Shown here: piece after piece, positions 8,003 through 17,500 of the stretch | Position numbering within the stretch: the stretch's first letter is position 1 | Layout of the letters: every line of letters begins with the position of its first letter | Source: a bacterium | GTDB lineage: Archaea > Thermoplasmatota > E2 > JACPAO01 > JAHFTW01 | NCBI GenBank assembly: GCA_040390065.1 | Contig: JAZJZE010000002.1 | Location: 32,931 to 96,930 of the forward strand | Direction of reading: 5' to 3' | Length of the DNA: 64,000 nucleotides | Notes under the pieces: model-generated | Told to the model about the DNA's origin: nothing | What the model saw: the letters and a program-made list of their open reading frames with translations, nothing else | The model's database searches: none | Made by a program: the position numbers and the translations under genes

Positions 8003-10459
8003 CTACTCGGGGCGCATGCGGCGCCGCAGCAGCAGCATCAGGAGGCCAACCGTCAGGACGGCTCCGACGACCGCCATCGTTGCGGCCGTCGTCCAGGACA
8101 TGCCGGCGACACCTTGCGTGGCCGATGCGCCCACCGGGGAAGCATCGCGCGCCGAGCCACCGGAGGACAAGTAGGAGCACTCGTCACCGACGCCGTCGTT
8201 GTTGGAGTCGAGTTGATCCGGGTTGGCGTACCATGGGCAGTTGTCGAGGAAGGCCCCTGTCGGGCCCGAGTTGCGGACCCCGTCGCCATCGATGTCGATG
8301 TCGCAGACGTCGCCCTTGCGGTCGGCGTCCATGTCAGCCTGATCGTGGTTGGGCGTGCTCTGGCAGTCGTCGGCCACGTCGGGGACACCGTCATGGTCCG
8401 CATCCGGCAGGGGCACGACCACGGGCGTCTCGGTGACTGGGGCCCATTCTGTGACCGGGGCCTCGACCGTGCATGCATCGCCCATGCCATCGCCGTTCGT
8501 GTCGGCCTGGTCGAAGTTGGCAACGGACGGGCAGTTGTCGGACAAGTCAGGGATGCCGTCGAGGTCGCTGTCGAGCGACACGCCGAAGGGCCAGCGGAGG
8601 GACGGGTCGTTGTGCTTCGTGCCCGTGAAGCCGTCGCACGAAGAGTCCTGGCGGATGGGCACGATGGCCGTCGCCGTCGACTGCAGGCCGGAATTGTAGT
8701 AGCTGCTGAGGCCGTTGAAGTCGGTGACGGTCACGGTGACCGTGTAGATGCCTTCCTTGGAGAAGACGTGCGGCACGAAGGCGTACTGGTTGTACCAGTC
8801 ATAGGGATGCGCAAACCAGCGGCCCTGCACGACGTTGAGGGCACCACTGCCCGGGTCGCCGAAGTTCCACTTGGCCCACTTGAAGTCCGCTTCGCCCACG
8901 ATGGAGTCGCGAGCGTCGAACCAGATGGGGTAGTTGGGACACGTGAAGGCGTACGTCGGCTGCAGGACGGCTTGCGGCTTGCACTTGCCGAACCACGTGA
9001 TCTTGTCCGAGATGGGGCCGTCCGGGGGCGCAGTCACGGGGATGCCGTCGACGAGTCCGCCGAAGAGGTATGCGCTGCATCCCGTCGAGATGGCGGTTGT
9101 GCCGACGAAGCCGCCGCGGCTGTAGTCGTCGGCCTTGGTCGGGCTGCCGGCTCCCGTCGGCATTCCGGAGGCGAAGACCGGCGCAACGGTCGGCGTCGTG
9201 GGATCGTAGCGGTAGACCAGGTTCTTGAACGGCCCGCCGTTGAAGATGAAGATGTAGCGGCCGTCGTAGACGGCGGAAAGCGAACCGCACAGTGGCGTGA
9301 AGTTCTGCTGGTAGATCGTGGTCACTCCCGTGGACGGGGTGAACTTCATGATGGAGCACTCCGGAACGGGGCAGGGGCCGACCGTGGGGCAGAGCGGGCT
9401 GTAGACGCAGGCGCCGTTCGAGACCTCGGTCGGCGTGCTGCAGGCGACGTCGTCGAGCCAGGTGCCGCCGAAGAGGTAGATGTCGGAGCCCACCGTGACG
9501 GCCTCCATGTCGTAGCGCTTGCCTTCCGGTGTGATGGAGCCGGCGGTGTTGGGCGGCAGCGGGTTCGGGTTCAACGACACGGTGCAGGATGCCGGGTCGA
9601 AGCGGTAGATCTCGTTGGACGTGTGCAGGCTGAACGGGACCAGGTTGCCGTCGCCTTCCAGGTAGCGGCCGCCGAAGACGTAGGCGGCACCTTCGGCCCA
9701 GGCCCCGGCCATGTAGTCGAACTGCCGCGGCAGGACGCAGTTCATCGTGGTGACCAACTGCGATGGCGGGTAGAAACTGTAGATTTCGTTGTTGAGGGCG
9801 CCGCCATTCGTGCCAGCGAACGTGTACGCCATGTCGAGGTCGGGGTCGTACGCGAGGGCCTGGCGACCGAGGGGCTTCGGCAGGCTGTTGGCCGGGTTGA
9901 TCTCGCCGCCCGGGGCGTTGGGGGTGTACGGGATGCCCGGCGAGGGACCGAACGTTGGGCCTTGGGGCATGCCGCGGCTGAACTTGGTGATGCTGGAGAG
10001 TTCCGTGCCGCCCAGGTCCTTGACACCGCCCAACACGTAGGCGTCCGTGCCGTCCCAGAATGACGTCGCCTCCATGACTTGGTCGGGGAGCACGACGGGG
10101 ATGGGCGTCGGCGTGTCAGGCGTCGGCCCAGGGCCGGGCGGGCCGCAGAGGTCCAGGTTGGGAGCGGTGACGGGGTCGGGTGAGATGATGGTGGGCTCGA
10201 CCGGGCCCGGCATGCCGATCATTTGGTCGCAGTATTCCTGGTGGACGACGAGTTGCACGCCGTACGTGGGCGACGTGTTCCAGAAGCCGCTCCATGGGTT
10301 GGACGGGGGGAAGCCTTGCTGGGTGGGGACGCACCCTGGGTTGGCGTACGTGCACGGGTCGATGACGGCCTGGCCCGGGATGGGGACGAGAGCGACAAGC
10401 AGGACTGCGGCGGCGAGTTTCAACGTCAGGGCTGGAACGGACATCAGGAGGACTCCCAC
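8003..10459 (-). CDS. secreted surface protein: Kelch-type beta-propeller plus PKD domain plus TSP3 repeats plus C-terminal TM anchor (paralog A)
   Basis: Signal peptide. Kelch-like blades (YTFAGTNGGALNNEIYSFYPPS, AAYVFGGRYLEGDGN..EIYRFDP, DIYLFGGTWLDD, YIFIFNGGPFKNLVYRYDP, AYLFGGLVDGIPV). PKD-like module (FDARDSIVGEADFKWAKWNFGD...YTVTVTVTDFNGLSS). TSP3 repeats (DSDLDGIPDLSDNCPSVANFDQADTNGDGMGDAC ...). C-terminal TM plus RRRMRPE. Confidence 0.75.
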   Translation of the reverse strand: MGVLLMSVPALTLKLAAAVLLVALVPIPGQAVIDPCTYANPGCVPTQQGFPPSNPWSGFWNTSPTYGVQLVVHQEYCDQMIGMPGPVEPTIISPDPVTAPNLDLCGPPGPGPTPDTPTPIPVVLPDQVMEATSFWDGTDAYVLGGVKDLGGTELSSITKFSRGMPQGPTFGPSPGIPYTPNAPGGEINPANSLPKPLGRQALAYDPDLDMAYTFAGTNGGALNNEIYSFYPPSQLVTTMNCVLPRQFDYMAGAWAEGAAYVFGGRYLEGDGNLVPFSLHTSNEIYRFDPASCTVSLNPNPLPPNTAGSITPEGKRYDMEAVTVGSDIYLFGGTWLDDVACSTPTEVSNGACVYSPLCPTVGPCPVPECSIMKFTPSTGVTTIYQQNFTPLCGSLSAVYDGRYIFIFNGGPFKNLVYRYDPTTPTVAPVFASGMPTGAGSPTKADDYSRGGFVGTTAISTGCSAYLFGGLVDGIPVTAPPDGPISDKITWFGKCKPQAVLQPTYAFTCPNYPIWFDARDSIVGEADFKWAKWNFGDPGSGALNVVQGRWFAHPYDWYNQYAFVPHVFSKEGIYTVTVTVTDFNGLSSYYNSGLQSTATAIVPIRQDSSCDGFTGTKHNDPSLRWPFGVSLDSDLDGIPDLSDNCPSVANFDQADTNGDGMGDACTVEAPVTEWAPVTETPVVVPLPDADHDGVPDVADDCQSTPNHDQADMDADRKGDVCDIDIDGDGVRNSGPTGAFLDNCPWYANPDQLDSNNDGVGDECSYLSSGGSARDASPVGASATQGVAGMSWTTAATMAVVGAVLTVGLLMLLLRRRMRPE

Positions 10460-10533
10460 CGGCGATTCTCGCCAGAGAAGGACCGCCCAGGTCCCTATTT
10501 ACGGTTTTTGGGCCGTCTCCTTCGGGCGCGTCC

Positions 10534-12999
10534 CTACGTCTTGCCCTTGTCGCCCTTCATCGGGCGGCGCAGCACCAGGAGCAGGAGCGCCGCCGTTCCG
10601 AGCGCAGCCAGCACCGCCATCGTGGCCGCCGACGACCATGGCAGGCCGCCGGCCCGCTCGGCCGCATTGCCTGCGGCGGAGCCCGCGCGCACGGCACTGC
10701 CGGGCGAGTCGATGTACGAGCATTCGTTGCCGACGCCGTCGTTGTTGGAGTCGAGCTGGTCGGGGTTCGGGTACCATGGGCAGTTGTCCAGGAACGCCCC
10801 CGCGGGGCCCGAATTGCGAACGCCGTCGCCATCGATGTCGATGTCGCAGACGTCGCCCTTGCGGTCCGTGTCCATGTCGGCTTGGTCGTGGTTGGGCGTG
10901 CTTGCGCAGTCGTCGGCCACGTCGGGGATGCCGTCATGGTCGGCGTCCGGTAGCGGGATGACTTGCTCCTCCGGCGCCGTGGTGACGACCGGCGGCGGCA
11001 CGGTTTCGGCAGTGCACGCGTCGCCCATGCCGTCGCCGTTGCCGTCGGCTTGGTCGTTGTTGGCAACGGAGGGGCAATCGTCGGAAAGGTCCGGGATGCC
11101 GTCGAGGTCGCTGTCGAGCGACACGCCGAAGGGCCAGGTCAGAAGCGGGTCGTGGTGCTTGGTGCCCGTGAATCCGTCGCACGTTGAGTCCTGAACGATT
11201 GGCACGGTGGCGGTCGCCGTCGCCTTGAAGCCGGAGGTCAGCACGCTGCTCAGGCCGTTGAGGTCCGTGATGGTCACGGTGACGGTGTAGATGCCGGGGT
11301 TCGCGTAGACGTGCGAGACGAAGGCGTACTGGTTGTACCAGTCGTACGGGTGGTCGAACCAGCGGCCCTGGATCGGGTTCGTGGCGCTCGGGCCATCGCC
11401 GAAGTCCCATTTTGCCCACTTGAAGTCGGCTTCGCCCACGATGGAGTCGCGAGCGTCGAACCAGATGGGATAGTTGGGGCACGTGAAGGCGTAGGTCGGC
11501 TGCAGGATGGCTTGCGGCTTGCACTTGCCGAACCACGTGATCTTGTCCGAGATGGGGCCGTCCGGCGGGGCGGTCACGGGGATGCCGTCGACCAAGCCGC
11601 CAAACAGGTAGCCGCTGCAGCCGGTGCTGATGGCCGAGACGCCGACGAAGCCGCCGCGCATGTAGTCGTTCGTCTTGAGCGGGTTGCCGGTGCCAACGGG
11701 GAGGCCGGCGATGAAGGTGGGATTGACAAACGGCGTCGTCGGGTCGTACCGGTACGCGCTGCCGCCGGCGAAGACGTAGATGTAGCGGCCATCGTAGATG
11801 CTCGAGAGCGAACCGCACAACTGCGGGAAGTACGGGTTGATCATGGTCGTGACGCCCGTCGACGGCGTGAACTTCATGATTGAGCACTGCGGCACGGGGC
11901 ACGGCACGTTGGGCGCCGACGTCGGGCACAGCGGGTTGTAGATGCACGCGCCGCTCGAGATCTCCGTGGGCGTGCTGCACGCCACGTCCTCCAAGTACGT
12001 CCCGCCGAAGAGGAAGATGTCGCTGCCGGTGCTTTGCGCCTCCAGGTCGTAGCGCTTTCCTTCCGTCGTCGGGTTGGGGGTCGGCGCCACCGTCGGCGGC
12101 AACGGGTTCGGGCTGAGGGACACCGTGCACGTGGCCGGGTCGAACCGGTAGATTTCGTTTGACGTGTGCAGGCTGAAGGGCACGGTGTTGCCGTCGCCTT
12201 CGAGGTAGCGGCCGCCGAAGAGATAGGCCGCACCGTCGGCCCACGCGCCGGCCATGTAGTCGAACTGCCGCGGCAGCACGCAGTTCATGGTCGAGACGAG
12301 AAGCGATGGCGGGTAGAAGCTGTAGATTTCGTTGTTGAGTGCGCCGGCGTTCGTGCCGCCGAAGGTGTACACTGTGTCCAGGTTGGGATCGTACGCCAGG
12401 GCCTGGCGACCGAGGGGATGGGGCAACGAGGCCACCGTCTGAATCTCGCCGCCTGGCGCATTCGGGACCCAGGGTCCGCCGTTGGGGCCGAACGGTCCCA
12501 GGGGCATGCCTTGGCTGAAGCGGGTAATGTCGGACACTTCCGTGCCGGCCAGATCCTTGACGCCACCGATCACGTAGGCGTCCTTGCCGTCCCAGAACGC
12601 GGTCGTCTCCATCAGCTGGCTCGGCAGCAGGACCGGCAGCGGCTCCGGCGTGTCAGGGCAGATGCACGGAGGGCTCGGGATGCCGCTCGGTGCGGCGCAT
12701 GCGACATAGTTCGGGTCGGTGATGGGATCGGGCGACAGGATGAGCGGCTCGGCGCCGGGCGTCATGCCGAGCATCTGGTCGCAGATGTCCTGGTGCACGA
12801 CGAGCTGCGTGCCGTAGGTTGGCGACCTGTTCCAGAAGCCGGCCCAGCCGTTGGATGGGGCAAAGCCGTTGTTGCCGGCGGGCACGCAGCCGGAGCTGTC
12901 GATGGTGCAGCGGTCGATGATGGCCGACGCCGGCATCGGCACGAGGAGGCCCACGAGAAGGGCGATGGCGGCTTTGGACGCAAGCGATTGGACGGACAT
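10534..12999 (-). CDS. secreted surface protein: Kelch-type beta-propeller plus PKD plus TSP3 repeats plus C-terminal TM anchor (paralog B; tandem duplicate of 8003-10459)
   Basis: Collinear similarity to the upstream neighbour along the full length (same Kelch blades, PKD module, TSP3 repeats, C-terminal TM plus basic tail). Start taken at MSVQSLASKAAIALLVGLLVPMPASA (12999). Confidence 0.75.
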   Translation of the reverse strand: MSVQSLASKAAIALLVGLLVPMPASAIIDRCTIDSSGCVPAGNNGFAPSNGWAGFWNRSPTYGTQLVVHQDICDQMLGMTPGAEPLILSPDPITDPNYVACAAPSGIPSPPCICPDTPEPLPVLLPSQLMETTAFWDGKDAYVIGGVKDLAGTEVSDITRFSQGMPLGPFGPNGGPWVPNAPGGEIQTVASLPHPLGRQALAYDPNLDTVYTFGGTNAGALNNEIYSFYPPSLLVSTMNCVLPRQFDYMAGAWADGAAYLFGGRYLEGDGNTVPFSLHTSNEIYRFDPATCTVSLSPNPLPPTVAPTPNPTTEGKRYDLEAQSTGSDIFLFGGTYLEDVACSTPTEISSGACIYNPLCPTSAPNVPCPVPQCSIMKFTPSTGVTTMINPYFPQLCGSLSSIYDGRYIYVFAGGSAYRYDPTTPFVNPTFIAGLPVGTGNPLKTNDYMRGGFVGVSAISTGCSGYLFGGLVDGIPVTAPPDGPISDKITWFGKCKPQAILQPTYAFTCPNYPIWFDARDSIVGEADFKWAKWDFGDGPSATNPIQGRWFDHPYDWYNQYAFVSHVYANPGIYTVTVTITDLNGLSSVLTSGFKATATATVPIVQDSTCDGFTGTKHHDPLLTWPFGVSLDSDLDGIPDLSDDCPSVANNDQADGNGDGMGDACTAETVPPPVVTTAPEEQVIPLPDADHDGIPDVADDCASTPNHDQADMDTDRKGDVCDIDIDGDGVRNSGPAGAFLDNCPWYPNPDQLDSNNDGVGNECSYIDSPGSAVRAGSAAGNAAERAGGLPWSSAATMAVLAALGTAALLLLVLRRPMKGDKGKT

Positions 13000-13155
13000 G
13001 GCGGACCCCGGTGGCACGTTGGCCTAGTTGGCAACCCCCTGGCGCCTATTTGCGGTTTCTGGACCGAACACTGAGCCGCCAAGCCGCCTCCCGGCCCCGC
13101 CCATATTCGTTATCTAGGGGGTGGCTCTGGCGCGAAACATCCTGGTGACTGGACC

Positions 13156-14205
13156 ATGAGCGAGCCCACCGCAGTGGCCTCGGTCGCGCACGACGGTGCG
13201 CCCCCGGAGCCCGCCCCGAACCCCCCGATGGACGCCCCCGAGCCCGAGATGCAGGCCCCGGCCGTCCCCGAAGGCGCCTCCCCCGTGGATGCCGATGCCC
13301 CCGCCGAGCTCGCCCCGGCACCGCCCGTGCCGAACCCGAACGGCCCCAAGCCCGGCATGAAGAAGGAAGAGTTGCAGAACCGCGCCAACCTCCTGCGCCG
13401 CGAACGCGACCGCCTCAACGACGACGCCCGCAAGCACGCGGAAGAGCGCGACGGATTCAACGCGCAAGTGCGCGGACTCGTCAACGAAGCCAACGAGCAC
13501 AAGAAGCGCCGCGACGAACTGAACGAAGGCGTCAAGCGCGCGAAGGAGGCCCGCGACGAGGCCAACCGCATCGCGGACGAGGCGGGCAAGGGCGCCGACC
13601 AACTGCGCCGCGAGCGCATGCCGGAAGGCGACGCAACCCTCACGGTCGCGAAACTCAAGAAGGAGGCCAAGCAGCTGGAATTCCAGCAGATGACCTCCGT
13701 CCTCACCGTCACCAAGGAGAAGGCCCTCATGGAGCGCCTCAAGGAGATCGGCAAGCAGATCCGCGAGAAGGAGAAGACGCTGCGCGCCGACCCCGAACTC
13801 AAGGCCGCGCTCGAAAAGGCCGAGGAACTGAAGGAGAAGGCAGAGAAGTCGCACGCCAAGGTCGGCGAGATGGCCGAGAAGGCGCAAGGCGAACACGACG
13901 CCATGATCAAGCTCTACAAGCAGTCTGACAAACTGCGAAAGACTGCGGACAAGCTGCAGGAACGCTTCGTCATCAGCAAGATGGAAGCGGACAAGATCCA
14001 CAAGACGTACATCGAGTTCGTGAACGCCATCCACGAGATCGAAGACCAGGCCGCCACGTCAGGCGCCCCCCCGGGCTCGAGCCGCGCCGAGGCCAACCAA
14101 GCCCGCAGCGAGGCCGCCGCAGAACTCGTGTTCCAGAAGTTCAAAGCCGGCGAGAAGTTGTCGACCGAGGACTTGCTGACACTGCAGAAGGCTGGGCTCC
14201 TCTAG
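13156..14205 (+). CDS. coiled-coil protein (COG1340-like archaeal coiled-coil family)
   Basis: 349 aa, long heptad-like K/E/R/A-rich stretch (EELQNRANLLRRERDRLNDDARKHAEERDG ... KEKAEKSHAKVGEMAEKAQGEHDAMIKLYKQ). Good GC3. No catalytic motifs. Confidence 0.55.
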   Translation: MSEPTAVASVAHDGAPPEPAPNPPMDAPEPEMQAPAVPEGASPVDADAPAELAPAPPVPNPNGPKPGMKKEELQNRANLLRRERDRLNDDARKHAEERDGFNAQVRGLVNEANEHKKRRDELNEGVKRAKEARDEANRIADEAGKGADQLRRERMPEGDATLTVAKLKKEAKQLEFQQMTSVLTVTKEKALMERLKEIGKQIREKEKTLRADPELKAALEKAEELKEKAEKSHAKVGEMAEKAQGEHDAMIKLYKQSDKLRKTADKLQERFVISKMEADKIHKTYIEFVNAIHEIEDQAATSGAPPGSSRAEANQARSEAAAELVFQKFKAGEKLSTEDLLTLQKAGLL

Positions 14206-14563
14206 GGCAGCGCGACGCCATCGACCTGGGCGGCCGGGCCGAACGGGAGTCGGGCGGAGAAGACGAAACGATTCATCTTCGCGCCACGTGGTTCCGGTAC
14301 TCCCTCGCATCCCGAGCGCGCCAACCCACGGGACGCACTGAGGTCACGGACAACGCCGTACCGGCCGCATCGGCGCACTCGGCGGCTTGGGACGAGCCGA
14401 AACCAACCACGCGGCCATCTCCTTGCCGTAGCCGTGCGACGCGACCTCACTGCCCCGCATTGGCTCGCCTTGACCGATGCCGTTCGCGCGCCGCCACGAA
14501 CCGCCGATGGCGCGGATGCCGCGGATCGACGCAGCATTTGGCTGGTCGCATGCCGTCGCTTGA

Positions 14564-17500
14564 CTACGCCTTGCGGCGCGCCAGCAGCCCGACGGCCGCC
14601 AAGCCGACCAGCAGGCCGACCAATTCGAAGCCCGGCGAGCCCTTGCCCGTCGTCGACGAGCCCGACGGAGTCGGGGTGGGCGTCGCTTCGCCTGTCACTT
14701 GCAGGAGCGTGAAGCCAGTGACGCCGTCCTTGAAGACCGTGACCGTGTGCGTGCCCGGCGCCGTCGCCGTGCAGGTCGATCCGGAGCAGGTGCCGTCGGG
14801 CATCATGTCGAACCGGGCGCCCGACTGGGCGCTGGCCAACGGATTGTCGAAGGCGTCGAAGCCGCTGACGCTGAAGGTCTTGGGCACGCCGACCCCCACG
14901 GTGGCGCCGGCGGGCGTGACCTCGAGGCGACCGAGCGGTCCAGCGATCGTGGTGGCCGTCGTGGTTCCCGACAAGCTACCGGAGCGCGCCGTGATGGTCG
15001 CCGTGCCGATGGACCTGCTCGAGAACGTGACGGTCGCCTGCCCGTTGGCGTCAGTCGTCGACAGTTGCGCCGAAAGGCTGCCGTCCGTGGCCGACCACGT
15101 GAGCGTCGCTCCCGTGATGCCCTTGCCGTTGGCGTCCTTCAGGGTCGCCTGCAACGGCCGTGATCCGCCGGCGCCGAAGGTGAAGGTGCCGGGCGTGATG
15201 GTCAAGGCCGAGGGTGTGGCCGACGTGACCGTGAACGTCACCGGGCTGTTCGTGAGACCTGCGGCTGCCGCGGTCACCGTGTTTGCGCCCGCCGTCGTGC
15301 CCGTCGTCACGGTCGCTGATGCCAGCCCTGACGAGGAGCTTGGACCGGAGGTCGGGGCGATGGAGCCTCCCCCGCTTGTCACAGCCCACGTCACGGTGAC
15401 GCCCGGCACGCCGTTCTCGAACGCGTCGCTGACCTTGGCCTGCAGCGCCTGCGACGTCCCTGGAGCGTTGTTGGCCGCCGTGAAGGGATGCGCCGTGATC
15501 TTCTTCGCGACACCCGGCGTGACCGTCAGACTGAATTTGCCGGTGATGCCCAGGTTGTTGCCTGTCACGTTATGCACGCCGGCCTTGGTGAGCCCGTTGC
15601 ACACGTTGCCCGTGGCGCAGGCGCCGCCGTTGTCGACCGTGAACGTCGTCGTCGACGTGACGTCGCCGAGGCTGCGACCGAGATCGTCGAAGGCGACAGC
15701 CGACAGCGTCACCTGGCCGACGTCGGCGCTCACGGTGGCGGGCGTGGCCGTCACGTTGAGACGCGCGATGACGGGGCCACCGTTGCCGGAGACGCCAAGC
15801 GGATTGACCTTGAAGATGATGGGACTGTTCGTGAGCGCCGCGCCTTGCGCGTTGTTCGCCGATGCCGTGACCGTGAGGGCCGGCGCCGTGGCCGACGCGG
15901 GTCCGTCCGTCGTGATCTGCGCGGTCGCGATGCCGGAGTCGTCCGTGACCGACGTCGTCGCGCCAAGGATGCCGGCGCCGCTGGTCTTCGCCCACGTGAC
16001 TGTCCGCCCGGCAACACCGTTGCCTGACGCGTCGCGGATCTTGACCTGCAGGACGAGGCTGCGGTTGCCCGGGACGCCGACAAAGGTCGATGCGGGGGAG
16101 ACGATGTCGCTTGCCGGCTGGCTGATGAAGACGGAGCCGAAGTGCTCCTCGAGGACGACGCCGGGTGCGATGAGGCGCACTTCGATCATGCCTGTTCGCC
16201 CGGTGCCAGACGGGTTGACGATGCCGGACAACTGCGCGGTGATGGTGCCCGGCGGGCACGGGGCGCCGTCGCCCGCGCGCATGATCAGCATCTCGTAGTA
16301 GAAGGACGTGACATAGTAGGTGCCAGAGCAGCCCGTGACGATGGCCACTGGGGGCGCGGCCCAGATGGTCACTCCTCCGGCCGATGCGAAGGGCAACGTG
16401 CTCTGCGATAGCGTGATGGAGCCGCCGCCTGCCGCCACCGCGGCGACCGTCGTGCCGGTCGGGACATTCCAGCCCGTGACGGGCTTGCCGACATCGGAGT
16501 CGAGGAACAGGTTCAGCGCGCTCGTCACGGTGGTCGTTCCTCCGGTGACGAAGGCGCTGTCGCTGACCCAACGCGGGCTCGCATACGGGCCGGGTGGGGT
16601 TTTCTCGAAGAAGGAGATGCCGAGCGACCCGGTGGCCGGCCACGTCGATGTCGACCCGATGAGGAACGTGTACGTTGCGGCGACGCCGGGGTCCAGGTGG
16701 TCGGCGCCGATGACGACTGGCGTCGCCGGGCCGGTCGTGATGGCCACGCCACCGGTGTCGATGATGCCGCCGGACGAGGTCGTGGTCTGGAACGGGATGA
16801 AGCTGGACTGCGGCCCTGCCGGGTTCGTGATGCCGGCGGTGATCGTGACCGTGAGCGACGTCCCGGCCAGGCATTTGGCCCCGGCCGCGCGGTCGAACAA
16901 CGCCGTTCCGCCCGCACTTCCACTGCCCGTCGACAGGGCGTCCATGAGGAACGTGTCGCCCGTGGTGCAAGGGTTTCCGGACAGGGTCGCCGCGAGGGAG
17001 CCGGGGCCGGCCACGACGACGCCGTAGCCCGCGGGAAAGGTTGCGGTGAACAGGCCGTTGTTCGGCCAGTCGTTCGCGAGCGTGAACTGGAACGTGTACG
17101 ACGACGTCACGCCGGCGGCCGGAGTGCTCGGCGACAGGGATACGGACGTGAGCGCCGAAGGCAGGATGGACACCGTCACGGGGGACGCGGCGGCTGGGCC
17201 TTGGTCCACCTTCACGGATGGCCCGGGTGTGGCCGAGGTCCACGTCGAGAAGGCGGTCGGCGACGTGAAGGTCTGTACGCCGGCGACGCCGGGGTTCTTG
17301 ACACCAGTCAAGGTCATCGTGACCGTCGTGCCGGCTGCGCAGGCGGTGCCTCCGGAGCGCGTGATGGTGGCCACGGTCGTCGTGTGCGTCACGGCAAAGG
17401 TTCCGTCACAGCCTGTGACCGTGGCAATCGTGCCGAGCGCGCCCAAGTCAAAAGTGCCCGGAGTCGTGCCGAAGTCGACCTTGAAAAGGCCGCCAATCGG

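Noticed and set aside
5991-10063. Plus-strand ORFs 5991-7499, 6584-7225, 8114-10063, 10047-11194 overlapping the TSP3 and Kelch surface-protein genes
   Set aside because: Same artefact class. These are mirror frames of the D/G/N-rich TSP3 coding strand.
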